Below, one piece after another: positions 12,901-27,700 of a DNA stretch of 64,000 nucleotides (positions are counted from its first letter, which is position 1; the number at the start of each line of letters is the position of its first letter). A program made the translations under genes and the position numbers. Location of the stretch: the NCBI RefSeq assembly GCF_009914755.1, contig NC_060946.1. The stretch is one strand, 5' to 3'. This DNA is from the human T2T-CHM13v2.0 reference genome, Homo sapiens. The notes beneath the pieces are model-generated. The model searched no databases. It was given only the letters and a program-made list of their open reading frames with translations, and was not told the DNA's origin.

Positions 12901-15900
12901 TACAGATGTCACAGAAAGAGTGTTTCCAAACTGCTCAATCAAAAGAAAGAGTTTAACTCTGTGAGGTGAAAGCACACATCTCAAAGAAGTTTCTCCGAAA
13001 GCTTCGGTCTAGTTTTCATGTGATGATATTTCCAGTCTCACCATAGGCCTCAAAGGGCTAAGAAATATCCCTTTCCAGATTCTAAAAGACCACCATTTCC
13101 ATACTTCTCAATCAAAAGAAAGGTTACATTCTGTGAGGTTAATGCACACATCAGAATGAAGTTTCTCAGAATTCTCCTGTCTAGTTTTCATGGGAAGATA
13201 TTTACTATTTCACTATAGGCTTCAAAAGTCTAAAAAATATCCCTTTGCAGATTCTACAAAAATATGCTTTCCAAAGTGCTGAATTAGAAGAAACCTTCAA
13301 CTCTGTCAGATGAATGGAGGCATCACAACGAAGTTCCTCAGAATGCTTCTGTCTAGTTTAAATGTGAAGATATTTCTTTTTCACCATAGACCTCAAAGGG
13401 CTCAGAATTAGACCTTTGCAGATTGCAGAGAAAGACTGTCTCTAAACTGCTCAAATAAAATAAAGTTTCAACACGGTGAGATGAATGCACACCTCACAAA
13501 GAAGTTCCTCAGAAAGCTTCTGTCTGGTTTTTATGTGAAGATATTTCCTTTTTCACCATAGGCCTTACACCGCTCACAAATATCCTTCTGCAGATACTAG
13601 AAAAAGACTGTTTCCAAACTGCTCCATCAAAAGAAAATTTCACCCATCTGAGATGAATGCACACATCATAAAGAGGTTCCTCAAAATTCTTCTGTCTAGT
13701 TTTTATGTGAAGATGTTTCCATTTTCACCTTAGGCCACAAAGCGCTCCAAACATCCGTTTGCAGATGATACGAAAAGACTGTTTCCAAACTGCTCAATCA
13801 AAAGAAATTTTCAACTCTGTGAGATGAAAGCACACATCACAAAAAAGTTTCTCAGAAATCTTCTGTCTCGCTTTTATCTCAAGATAATTCCTATTTTGCC
13901 ATAGGAATCAAGGGGCTCACACATATCCCTTTGCGGATTCTACAAAAGTTCTCTTTACAACCTTCTCAATCAAAAGAAACGTTCAACATTGTGAGATGAA
14001 TGAACACATCCCAAAGAAGTTTCTCAGGTTGCTTCTGTCTGGTTGCTATGTGAAGATGTTTCCTTTTTCACCATAGTCTTTAAGCCACTCAAAAATATCT
14101 GTCTGCAGACTCCACAAAAAGACTGTTTCCAAACTGGCCCATATAGCATGTTTCAACGATGTGAAATGAATGCACTCATCAAAAAGAAGGTTCTCAGGAT
14201 TCTCCTGTCTAGTTTTTATGTGAAGATATTTCCTTTTTCACCGTAGGCCACAAATTGCTCCAAATATCCATTTGCAGATTCTACAAAAAGAATGTTCCCA
14301 AACTGGTCAATCAAAAGAAAGGCGCAACTCTGTGAGACGAAAGCACACATCACAAAGAAGTTTCTCGGAAAGCCTCTGTCTACATTTTATGTGAAGGTAT
14401 TTCCTTTGGCACCATAGGCCTTAAACCGCTCGCAAATATAACTCCACTTATACTACCAAGAGACTTTCTCCAAATTGCTAAATCAAAAGAAAGGTTCAAC
14501 TCTGTGAGATGAATACACACATCAAAAGAAGTTTCTCAAAATGCTTCCGTCTAGTTTTCATGGGAAGATATTTATTTTTCACCGTTGGCCCCAAACCGCT
14601 CAGAAATATCCCTTTGCAGTTTGTAGAAAAAGACTGCTTCCAAACTGCTCAATGTAAGGAAATGGCCAACTATTAGAGATGAATGGAAATGTCACAAAGA
14701 GTTTTCTCAAAAAGCTACTGTGTCGTTTTTATGTGAAGACATTGCCTCTTGCACCCTAGGCCTTAAAACTCTCTAAATACACATTCACAGATTCTACAAA
14801 AAGACTGATTCCAAACTGCTCAATCAGAAGAAGGGTTCAATTCCGTGTGACAAACGTGCACATCACCAAGAAATTTGTCAGAAAGCTTCTGTCTACTTTT
14901 TATGGGAAGATATTTCATATTTCAACAAAGGCCATAAAGGACTCACAATTATCCCTTCGCAGATTCTAAGAAAAGACGTTTTCCAAACTCCTCAATCAAA
15001 AGAAAGGTTTAACTCTGTGAGATGAATGGACACATCACGAAGAAGTTTCTCAGAAAGCTTCTGTCTAGTTTTTCTTTGAAGATATTTCTTTTTCACCATA
15101 GGCCTCAAGCAGCTAAGAAATTTCCCTCTGCAGCTTCTACCAAAGACTGTTTCCAAACTGCTCACCTGAAAGAAAGGTTGAATTCTGTGACATGAATTCA
15201 CACATCACAAAGAGGTTTTTCAGAAATCTTCTGTCTGGTATTTAGGTGAAGATACTTCCTTTTTCACCACGGGCCTCAAATATCTCCAAATATCCATTTG
15301 CAGATTCTACAGAAAGACTTTCCAAACTGCTCAATCACAAGAAAGGTTCAACACTGTGTGATGAAGGCACACATCACCAAGAAGTTTCTCAGACACCTTC
15401 TGTCTAGTTTTTAGGTGAAGATACTTCGTATTTCACCACAGGCCATAAAGGGCTCACAAATATCCCTCTGCAGGTTCTACAAAAAGACTGTTTCCAAACT
15501 GCCCAATCAAAGGAGAGGTTCAACTCTGTGACGTGAATGGACACATCACAAAAAATTTCTTGGAATGCTTCCGTCTAGTTCTTATGGGAAGATATTTCTC
15601 TTTCACCATAAGCCTCAAACGGATCAGAATTCTCCCTTTGCAGATTGAACGATAAGCCTCTTTCCAATCTGCTCAATCAAAAGAAAGTTTCCACTCGGTG
15701 AGGTGAATGCACACATCGCAAGGGAGTTTCTCAGAAAGCTTCTGTTTAGTTTTTACGTGAAGATATTTCGTTTTTCACCACGGGCCTCAAAAGCTCTCCA
15801 AATATCCATTTGCAGATTCTAGAAAAAGAGTGTTTCCAAACTCCTCAATCAAAGGATAGCTTCAATTCTGTGCGATGAAAGCACACATCACAACGAAGTT

Positions 15901-18900
15901 TCTTAGAAAGCGTCTGTCTAGTTTTCATGTGAAGATACTTCACATTGCATCCCAGTACTCAATGGGCTCAGAAATGTCCCCTTGCAGATCCTACAAAAGG
16001 ACTGTTTCAAAACTGCTGAATCCAAAGAAAGTTTCAACTATGTGAGACGAATGCACACGTCACGAAGAAGTTCCTCAGAATGCTTCTGTCTAGTTTATAT
16101 GTGAAGAAGATTCCTATTTCACCATAGGCAATAAAGGGCTCACAAATATGTTTTGCAGATTCTACAAAAGGACTGTATCCAAACTGCTCAATAAAAAGAA
16201 AGTTTTAACTCTGTTAGGTTAATGGACACATCAAAAAGTAGTTTCTCAGAAAACTTCTGTGTAGTTTTTATGTGAAGATACTTCCTTTGTCACCATTGGC
16301 CTCAAAGCACTCCTAATATCCATTTACAGATGTCACAGAAAGAGTGTTTCCAAACTGCTCAATCAAAAGAAAGAGTTTAACTCTGTGAGGTGAAAGCACA
16401 CATCTCAAAGAAGTTTCTCCGAAAGCTTCGGTCTAGTTTTCATGTGATGATATTTCCAGTCTCACCATAGGCCTCAAAGGGCTAAGAAATATCCCTTTCC
16501 AGATTCTAAAAGACCACCATTTCCATACTTCTCAATCAAAAGAAAGGTTACATTCTGTGAGGTTAATGCACACATCAGAATGAAGTTTCTCAGAATTCTC
16601 CTGTCTAGTTTTCATGGGAAGATATTTACTATTTCACTATAGGCTTCAAAAGTCTAAAAAATATCCGTTTGCAGATTCTACAAAAATATGCTTTCCAAAG
16701 TGTTGAATTAGAAGAAACCTTCAACTCTGTCAGATGAATGGAGGCATCACAACGAAGTTCCTCAGAATGCTTCTGTCTAGTTTAAATGGGAAGATATTTC
16801 TTTTTCACCATAGACCTCAAAGGGCTCAGAATTAGACCTTTGCAGATTGCAGAGAAAGACTGTCTCTAAACTGCTCAAATAAAATAAAGTTTCAACACGG
16901 TGAGATGAATGCACACCTCACAAAGAAGTTCCTCAGAAAGCTTCTGTCTGGTTTTTATGTGAAGATATTTCCTTTTTCACCATAGGCCTTACACCGCTCA
17001 CAAATATCCTTCTGCAGATACTAGAAAAAGACTGTTTCCAAACTGCTCCATCAAAAGAAAATTTCACCCATCTGAGATGAATGCACACATCATAAAGAGG
17101 TTCCTCAAAATTCTTCTGTCTAGTTTTTATGTGAAGATGTTTCCATTTTCACCTTAGGCCACAAAGCGCTCCAAACATCCGTTTGCAGATGATACGAAAA
17201 GACTGTTTCCAAACTGCTCAATCAAAAGAAATTTTCAACTCTGTGAGATGAAAGCACACATCACAAAAAAGTTTCTCAGAAATCTTCTGTCTCGCTTTTA
17301 TCTCAAGATAATTCCTATTTTGCCATAGGAATCAAGGGGCTCACACATATCCCTTTGCGGATTCTACAAAAGTTCTCTTTACAACCTTCTCAATCAAAAG
17401 AAACGTTCAACATTGTGAGATGAATGAACACATCCCAAAGAAGTTTCTCAGGTTGCTTCTGTCTGGTTGCTATGTGAAGATGTTTCCTTTTTCACCATAG
17501 TCTTTAAGCCACTCAAAAATATCTGTCTGCAGACTCCACAAAAAGACTGTTTCCAAACTGGCCCATATAGCATGTTTCAACGATGTGAAATGAATGCACT
17601 CATCAAAAAGAAGGTTCTCAGGATTCTCCTGTCTAGTTTTTATGTGAAGATATTTCCTTTTTCACCGTAGGCCACAAATTGCTCCAAATATCCATTTGCA
17701 GATTCTACAAAAAGAATGTTCCCAAACTGGTCAATCAAAAGAAAGGCGCAACTCTGTGAGACGAAAGCACACATCAAAAGAAGTTTCTCGGAAAGCCTCT
17801 GTCTACATTTTATGTGAAGGTAATTCCTTTGGCACCATAGGCCTTAAACCGCTCGCAAATATAACTCCACTTATACTACCAAGAGACTTTCTCCAAATTG
17901 CTAAATCAAAAGAAAGGTTCAACTCTGTGAGATGAATACACACATCAAAAGAAGTTTCTCAAAATGCTTCCGTCTAGTTTTCATGGGAAGATATTTATTT
18001 TTCACCGTTGGCCCCAAACCGCTCAGAAATATCCCTTTGCAGTTTGTAGAAAAAGACTGCTTCCAAACTGCTCAATGTAAGGAAATGGCCAACTATTAGA
18101 GATGAATGGAAATGTCACAAAGAGTTTTCTCAAAAAGCCACTGTGTCGTTTTTATATGAAGACATTGCCTCTTGCACCCTAGGCCTTAAAACTCTCTAAA
18201 TACACATTCACAGATTCTACAAAAAGACTGATTCCAAACTGCTCAATCAGAAGAAGGGTTCAATTCCGTGTGACAAACGTGCACATCACCAAGAAATTTG
18301 TCAGAAAGCTTCTGTCTACTTTTTATGGGAAGATATTTCATATTTCAACAAAGGCCATAAAGGACTCACAATTATCCCTTCGCAGATTCTAAGAAAAGAC
18401 GTTTTACAAACTCCTCAATCAAAAGAAAGGTTTAACTCTGTGAGATGAATGGACACATCACGAAGAAGTTTCTCAGAAAGCTTCTGTCTAGTTTTTCTTT
18501 GAAGATATTTCTTTTTCACCATGGGCCTCAAGCAGCTAAGAAATTTCCCTCTGCAGCTTCTACCAAAGACTGTTTCCAAACTGCTCAACTGAAAGAAAGG
18601 TTGAATCCTGTGACATGAATTCACACGTCACAAAGAGGTTTTTCAGAAATCTTCTGTCTGGTTTTTAGGAGAAGATACTTTCTTTTTCACCACGGGCCTC
18701 AAATATCTCCAAATATCCATTTGCAGATTCTACAGAAAGACTTTCCAAACTGCTCAATCAAAAGAAAGGTTCAACACTGTGAGATGAAGGCACACATCAC
18801 CAAGAAGTTTCTCAGAAAACTTCTGTCTAGTTTTTAGGTGAAGATACTTCGTATTTCACCACAGGCCATAAAGGGCTCACAAATATCCCTCCGCAGGTTC

Positions 18901-21770
18901 TACAAAAAGACTGTTTCCAAACTGCTCAATCAAAGGAGAGGTTCAACTCTGTGACGTGAATGGACACATCACAAAATATTTCTTGGAATGCTTCCGTCTA
19001 GTTCTTATGGGAAGATATTTCTCTTTCACCATAAGCCTCAAACGGATCAGAATTCTCCCTTTGCAGATTGTACGATAAGCCTCTTTCCAATCTGCTCAAT
19101 CAAAAGAAAGTTTCCACTCGGTGAGGTGAATGCACACATCGCAAGGGAGTTCCTCACAAAGCTTCTGTTTAGTTTTTACGTGAAGATATTTCGTTTTTCA
19201 CCACGGGCCTCAAAAGCTCTCCAAATATCCATTTGCAGATTCTAGAAAAAGCGTGTTTCCAAACTCCTCAATCAAAGGATAGCTTCAATTCTATGCGATG
19301 AAAGCACACATCACAACGAAGTTTCTTAGAGAGCGTCTGTCTAGTTTTCATGTGAAGATACTTCACATTGCATCCCAGTACTCAATGGGCTCAGAAATGT
19401 CCCCTTGCAGATCCTACAAAAGGACTGTTTCAAAACTGCTGAATCCAAAGAAAGTTTCAACTATGTGAGACGAATGCACACGTCATGAAGAAGATCCTCA
19501 GAATGCTTCTGTCTAGTTTATATGTGAAGAAGATTCCTATTTCACCATAGGCAATAAAGGGCTCACAAATATGTTTTGCAGATTCTACAAAAGGACTGTA
19601 TCCAAACTGCTCAATAAAAAGAAGGTTTTACTCTGTTAGGTTGATGGACACATCAAAAAGTAGTTTCTCAGAAAACTTCTGTGTAGTTTTTATGTGAAGA
19701 TACTTCCTTTGTCACCATTGGCCTCAAAGCACTCCTAATATCCATTTACAGATGTCACAGAAAGAGTGTTTCCACACTGCTCAATCAAAAGAAAGTGTTT
19801 AACTCTGTGAGGTGAAAGCACACATCTCAAAGAAGTTTCTCCGAAAGCTTCGGTCTAGTTTTCATGTGATGATATTTCCAGTCTCACCATAGGCCTCAAA
19901 GGGCTAAGAAATATCCCTTTCCAGATTCTAAAAGACCACCATTTCCATACTTCTCAATCAAAAGAAAGGTTACATTCTGTGAGGTTAATGCACACATCAG
20001 AATGAAGTTTCTCAGAATTCTCCTGTCTAGTTTTCATGGGAAGATATTTACTATTTCACTATAGGCTTCAAAAGTCTAAAAAATATCCCTTTGCAGATTC
20101 TACAAAAATATGCTTTCCAAAGTGCTGAATTAGAAGAAACCTTCAACTCTGTCAGATGAATGGAGGCATCACAACGAAGTTCCTCAGAATGCTTCTGTCT
20201 AGTTTAAATGGGAAGATATTTCTTTTTCACCATAGACCTCAAAGGGCTCAGAATTAGACCTTTGCAGATTGCAGAGAAAGACTGTCTCTAAACTGCTCAA
20301 ATAAAATAAAGTTTCAACACGGTGAGATGAATGAACACCTCACAAAAAGTTCCTCAGAAAACTTCTGTCTGGTTTTTATGTGAAGATATTTCCTTTTTCA
20401 CCATAGGCCTTACACCGCTCACAAATATCCTTCTGCAGATACTAGAAAAAGACTGTTTCCAAACTGCTCCATCAAAAGAAAATTTCACCCATCTCAGATG
20501 AATGCACACATCATAAAGAGGTTCCTCAGAATTCTTCTGTCTAGTTTTTATGTGAAGATGTTTCCATTTTCACCTTAGGCCACAAAGCGCTCCAAACATC
20601 CGTTTGCAGATGATACGAAAAGACTGTTTCCAAACTGCTCAATCAAAAGAAATTTTCAACTCTGTGAGATGAAAGCACACATCACAAAAAAGTTTCTCAG
20701 AAATCTTCTGTCTCGCTTTTATCTCAAGATAATTCCTATTTTGCCATAGGAATCAAGGGGCTCACACATATCCCTTTGCGGATTCTTCAAAAGTTCTCTT
20801 TACAAACTTCTCAATCAAAAGAAACGTTCAACATTGTGAGATGAATGAACACATCCCAAAGAAGTTTCTCAGGTTGCTTCTGTCTGGTTGCTATGTGAAG
20901 ATGTTTCCTTTTTCACCATAGTCTTTTAGCCACTCAAAAATATCTGTCTGCAGACTCCACAAAAAGACTGTTTCCAAACTGGCCCATATAGCATGTTTCA
21001 ACGATGTGAAATGAATGCACTCATCAAAAAGAAGGTTCTCAGGATTCTCCTGTCTAGTTTTTATGTGAAGATATTTCCTTTTTCACCGTAGGCCACAAAT
21101 TGCTCCAAATATCCATTTGCAGATTCTACAAAAAGAATGTTCCCAAACTGGTCAATCAAAAGAAAGGCGCAACTCTGTGAGACGAAAGCACACATCACAA
21201 AGAAGTTTCTCGGAAAGCCTCTGTCTACATTTTATGTGAAGGTATTTCCTTTGGCACCATAGGCCTTAAACCGCTCGCAAATATAACTCCACTTATACTA
21301 CCAAGAGTCTTTCTCCAAATTGCTAAATCAAAAGAAAGGTTCAACTCTGTGAGATGAATACACACATCAAAAGAAGTTTCTCAAAATGCTTCCGTCTAGT
21401 TTTCATGGGAAGATATTTATTTTTCACCGTTGGCCCCAAACCGCTCAGAAATATCCCTTTGCAGTTTGTAGAAAAAGACTGCTTCCAAACTGCTCAATGT
21501 AAGGAAATGGCCAACTATTAGAGATGAATGGAAATGTCACTAAGAGTTTTCTCAAAAAGCTACTGTGTCGTTTTTATGTGAAGACATTGCCTCTTGCACC
21601 CTAGGCCTTAAAACTCTCTAAATACACATTCACAGATTCTACAAAAAGACTGATTCCAAACTGCTCAATCAGAAGAAGGGTTCAATTCCGTGTGACAAAC
21701 GTGCACATCACCAAGAAATTTGTCAGAAAGCTTCTGTCTACTTTTTATGGGAAGATATTTCATATTTCAA
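4000..21770 (-). repeat. HOR haplotype block B (~5.2 copies)
   Basis: Seen: shared 1-bp deletion ATCAAAAGAAG (~4251, 7674, 11097, 14521, 17944, 21366), plus CTTCCGTCTAGTTTTCATGG, AATGTAAGG, GCCTCTTG, AAGGACTCACAATTATCC, GCTGAATCC, AAAAGTCTAAAA and AATTAGAAG. Confidence 0.85.
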
Positions 21771-24700
21771 CAAAGGCCATAAAGGGCTCACAAATATCCC
21801 TTCGCAGATTCTAAGAAAAGACGTTTTCGAAACTCTTCAAACAAAAGAAAGGTTTAACTCTGTGAGATGAATCGACACATCACGAAGAAGTTTCTCAGAA
21901 AGCTTCTGTCTAGTTTTTCTGTGAAGATATTTCTTTTTCACCATAGGCCTCAAGCAGCTAAGAAATTTCCCTCTGCAGCTTCTACCAAAGACTGTTTCCA
22001 AACTGCTCAACTGAAAGAAAGGTTGAATTCTGTGACATGAATTCACACATCACAAAGAGGCTTTTCAGAAATCTCCTGTCTGGTTTTTAGGTGAAGATAC
22101 TTCTTTTTTCACCACGGGCCTCAAATATCTCCAAATATCCATTTGCAGATTCTACAGAAAGACTTTCCAAACTGCTCAATCAAAAGAAAGGTTCAACACT
22201 GTGAGATGAAAGCACACATCACCAAGAAGTTTCTCAGAAACCTTCTGTCTAGTTTTTAGGTGAAGATACTTCGTATTTCACCACAGGCCATAAAGGGCTC
22301 ACAAATATCCCTCTGCAGGTTCTACAAAAAGACTGTTTCCAAACTGCCCAATCAAAGGAGAGGTTCAACTCTGTGACGTGAATGGACACATCACAAAAAA
22401 TTTCTTGGAATGCCTCCGTCTAGTTCTTATGGGAAGATATTTCTCTTTCACCATAGGCCTCAAACGGATCAGAATTCTCCCTTTGCAGAATGTACGATAA
22501 GCCTCTTTCCAATCTGCTCAATCAAAAGAAAGTTTCCACTCGGTGAGGTGAATGCACACATCGCAAGGGAGTTTCTCAGAAAGCTTCTGTTTAGTTTTTA
22601 CGTGAAGATATTTCATTTTTCACCACGGGCCTCAAAAGCTCTCCAAATATCCCTTTGCAGATTCTAGAAAAAGAGTGTTTCCAAACTCCTCCATCAAAGG
22701 ATAGTTTCAATTCTGTGAGATGAAAGCACACATCACAACGAAGTTTCTTAGAAAGCGTCTGTCTAGTTTTTATGTGAAGATACTTCACATTGCATCACAG
22801 TACCCAATGGGCTCAGAAATATCCCCTTGCAGATCCTACAAAAGGACTGTTTCAAAACTGCTCAATCCAAAGAAAGTTTCAACTATGTGAGACGAATGCA
22901 CACGTCACGAAGAAGTTCCTCAGAATGCTTCTGTCTAGTTTATATGTGAAGAAGATTCCTATTCCACCATAGGCAATAAAGGGCTCACAAATATGTTTTG
23001 CAGATTCTACAAAAAGACTGTATCCAAACTGCTCAATAAAAAGAAAGTTTTAACTCTGTTAGGTTAATGGACACATCAAAAAGTAGTTTCTCAGAAAACT
23101 TTTGTGTAGTTTTTAGGTGAAGATACTTCCTTTGTCACCATTGGCCTCAAAGCACTCCTAATATCCATTTACAGATGTCACAGAAAGAGTGTTTCCAAAC
23201 TGCTCCATCAAAAGAAAGTGTTTAACTCTGTGAGGTGAAAGAACACATCTCAAAGAAGTTTCTCCGAAAGCTTCGGTCTAGTTTTCATGTGATGATATTT
23301 CCAGTCTCACCATAGGCCTCAAAGGGCTAAGAAATATCCCTTTCCAGATTCTAAAAGACCACCATTTCCATACTTCTCAATCAAAAGAAAGGTTACATTC
23401 TGTGAGGTTAATGCACACATCAGAATGAAGTTTCTCAGAATTCTCCTGTCTAGTTTTCATGTGAAGATATTTACTATTTCACTACAGGCTTCAAATGTCT
23501 CAAAAATATCCCTTTGCAGATTCTACAAAAATATGCTTTCCAAGGGGCTTAATTAAAAGAAACCTTCAACTCTGTCAGATGAATGGAGGCATCACAACGA
23601 AGTTCCTCAGAATGCTTCTGTCTCGTTTAAATGTGAAGATATTTCTTTTTCACCATAGACCTCAAAGGGCTCAGAATTAGACCTTTGCAGATTGCAGAGA
23701 AAGACTGTCTCTAAACTGCTCAAATAAAATAAAGTTTCAACACGGTGAGATGAATGCACACCTCACAAAGAAGTTCCTCAGAAAGCTTCTGTCTGGTTTT
23801 TATGTGAAGATATTTCCTTTTTCACCATAGGCCATACAACACTCACAAATATCCTTCTGCAGATACTAGAAAAAGACTGTTTCCAAACTGCTCCATCAAA
23901 AGAAAATTTCACCCATCTGAGATGAATGCACACATCATAAAGAAGTTCCTCAGAATTCTTCTGTCTAGTTTTTATGTGAAGATGTTTCCATTTTCACCTT
24001 AGGCCACAAAGCGCTCCAAACATCCGTTTGCAGATGATACGAAAAGACTGTTTCCAAACTGCTCAATCAAAACAAATTTTCAACTCTGTGAGATGAAAGC
24101 ACACATCACAAAAAAGTTTCTCAGAAATCTTCTGTCTCGATTTTATCTCAAGATAATTCCTATTTTGCCATAGGAATCAAGGGGCTCACATATATCCCTT
24201 TGCGGATTCTACAAAAGTTCTCTTTACAAACTTCTCAATCAAAAGAAACGTTCAACATTGGGCGATGAATGAACACATCCCAAAGAAGTTTCTCAGGTTG
24301 CTTCTGTCTGGTTGCTATGTGAAGATGTTTCCTTTTTCACCATGGTCTTTAAGCCACTCAAAAATACCTGTCTGCGGACTCTACAGTAAGACTGATTCCA
24401 AACTGGCCCATATAGCATGTTTCAACTATGTGAAATGAATGCACTCATCAAAAAGAAGTTTCTCAGGATTCTCCTGTCTAGTTTTTATGTGAAGATATTT
24501 CCTTTTTCACCGTAGGCCACAAATTGCTCCAAATATCCATTTGCAGATTCTACGAAAAGAATGTTCCCAAACTGGTCAATGAAAAGAAAGGCGCAACTCT
24601 GTGAGACGAAAGCACACATCACAAAGAAGTTTCTCGGAAAGCTTCTGTCTACATTTTATGTGAAGGTATTTCCTTTGGCACCATAGGCCTTAAACCCCTC

Positions 24701-27700
24701 GCAAATATAACTCCACTTATACTACCTAGAGACTTTCTTCAGATTGCTAAATCAAAAGAAAGGTTCAAATCTGTGAGATGAATACACACATCAAAAAGAA
24801 GTTTCTCAAAATGCTTCTGTCTAGTTTTCATGGGAAGATATTTATTTTTCACCGTTGGCCCCAAACCGCTCAGAAATATCCCTTTGCAGTTTGTAGAAAA
24901 AGACTGCTTCCAAACTGCTCAATGAAAGGAAACGGCCAACTATTAGAGATGAATGGAAATGTCACTAAGAGTTTTCTCAAAAAGCTACTGTGTCGTTTTT
25001 ATGTGAAGACATTGCCTTTTGCACCCTAGGCCTTAAAACTCTCTAAATACACATTCACAGATTCTACAAAAAGACTGATTCCAAACTGCTCAATCAGAAG
25101 AAGGGTCCAGTTCCGTGTGACAAACGTGCACATCACCAAGAAATTTGTCAGAAAGCTTCTGTCTACTTTTTATGTGAAGTTATTTCATATTTCATCAAAG
25201 GCCATAAAGGGCTCACAAATATCCCTTCGCAGATTCTAAGAAAAGACGTTTTCCAAACTCCTCAACCAAAAGAAAGGTTTAACTCTGTGAGATGAATGGA
25301 CACATCACGAAGAAGTTTCTCAGAAAGCTTCTGTCTAGTTTTTCTGTGAAGATATTTCTTTTTCACCATAGGCCTCAAGCAGCTAAGAAATTTCCCTCTG
25401 CAGCTTCTACCAAAGACTGTTTCCAAACTGCTCAACTGAAAGAAAGGTTGAATTCTGTAACATGAATTCACACATCACAAAGAGGTTTTTCAGAAATCTC
25501 CTGTCTGGTTTTTAGGTGAAGATACTTCCATTTTCACCACGGGCCTCAAATATCTCCAAATATCCATTTGCAGATTCTACAGAAAGACTTTCCAAACTGC
25601 TCAATCAAAAGAAAGGTTCAACACTGTGAGATGAAGGCACACATCACCAAGAAGTTTCTCAGACACCTTCTGTCTAGTTTTTAGGTGAAGATACTTCATA
25701 TTTCACCACAGGCCATAAAGGGCTCACAAATATCCCTTTGCAGGTTCTACAAAAAGACTGTTTCCAAACTGCCCAATCAAAGGAGAGGTTCAACTCTGTG
25801 ACGTGAGTGGACACATCACAAAAAATTTCTTGGAATGCTTCCGTCTAGTTCTTATGGGAAGATATTTCTCTTTCACCATAAGCCTCAAACGGATCAGAAT
25901 TCTCCCTTTGCAGATTGTACGATAAGCCTCTTTCCAATCTGCTCAATCAAAAGAAAGTTTCCACTCGGTGAGGTGAATGCACACATCGCAAGGGAGTTTC
26001 TCAGAAAGCTTCTGTTTAGTTTTTACGTGAAGATATTTCGTTTTTCACCACGGGCCTCAAAAGCTCTCCAAATATCCATTTGCAGATTCTAGAAAAAGAG
26101 TGTTTCCGAACTCCTCAATCAAAGGAAAGTTTCAATTCTGTGAGATGAAAGCACACATCACAACGAAGTTTCTTAGAAAGCGTCTGTCTAGTTTTTATGT
26201 GAAGATACTTCACATTGCATCACAGTACTCAATGGGCTCAGAAATATCCCCTTGCAGATCCTACAAAAGGACTGTTTCAAAACTGCTCAATCCAAAGAAA
26301 GTTTCAACTATGTGAGATGAATGCACACGTCACGAAGAAGTTCCTCAGAATGCTTCTGTCTAGTTTATATGTGAAGAAGATTCCTATTCCACCATAGGCA
26401 ATAAAGGGCTCACAAATATGTTTTGCAGATTCTACAAAAAGACTGTATCCAAACTGCTCAATAAAAAGAAAGTTTTAACTCTGTTAGGTTAATGGACACA
26501 TCAAAAAGTAGTTTCTCAGAAAACTTCTGTGTAGTTTTTCTGTGAAGTTACTTCCTTTGTCACCATTGGCCTCAAAGCACTCCTAATATCCATTTACAGA
26601 TGTCACAGAAAGAGTGTTTCCAAACTGCTCCATCAAAAGAAAGTGTTTAACTCTGTGAGGTGAAAGCACACATCTCAAAGAAGTTTCTCCGAAAGCTTCG
26701 GTCCAGTTTTCATGTGATGATATTTCCAGTCTCACCATAGGCCTCAAAGGGCTAAGAAATATCCCTTTCCAGATTCTAAAAGACCACCATTTCCATACTT
26801 CTCAATCAAAAGAAAGGTTACATTCTGTGAGGTTAATGCACACATCAGAATGAAGTTTCTCAGAATTCTCCTGTCTAGTTTCCATGTGAAGATATTTACT
26901 ATTTCACTATAGGCTTCAAATGTCTCAAAAATATCCCTTTGCAGATTCTACAAAAATATGCTTTCCAAAGTGCTGAATTAAAAGAAACCTTCAACTCTGT
27001 CAGATGAATGGAGAGGCATCACAACGAAGTTCCTCAGAATGCTTCTGTCTAGTTTAAATGTGAAGATATTTCTTTTTCACCATAGACCTCAAAGGGCTCA
27101 GAATTAGACCTTTGCAGATTGCAGAGAAAGACTGTCTCTAAACAGCTCAAATAAAATAAAGTTTCAACACGGTGAGATGAATGCACACATCACAAAGAAG
27201 TTCCTCAGAAAGCTTCTGTCTGGTTTTTATGTGAAGATATTTCCTTTTTCACCATAGGCCTTACACCGCTCACAAATATCCTTCTGCAGATACTAGAAAA
27301 AGACTGTTTCCAAACTGCTCCATCAAAAGAAAATTTCACCCATCTGAGATGAATGCACACATCATAAAGAAGTTCCTCAGAATTCTTCTGTCTAGTTTTT
27401 ATGTGAAGATGTTTCCATTTTCACCTTAGGCCACAAAGCGCTCCAAACATCCGTTTGCAGATGATACGAAAAGACTGTTTCCAAACTGCTCAATCAAAAG
27501 AAATTTTAAACTCTGTGAGATGAAAGCACACATCACGAAAATGTTTCTCAGAAATCTTCTGTCTCGCTTTTATCTCAAGATAATTCCTATTTTGCCATAG
27601 GAATCAAGGGGCTCACATATATCCCTTTGCGGATTCTACAAAAGTTCTCTTTACAAACTTCTCAATCAAAAGAAACGTTCAACATTGGGAGATGAATGAA

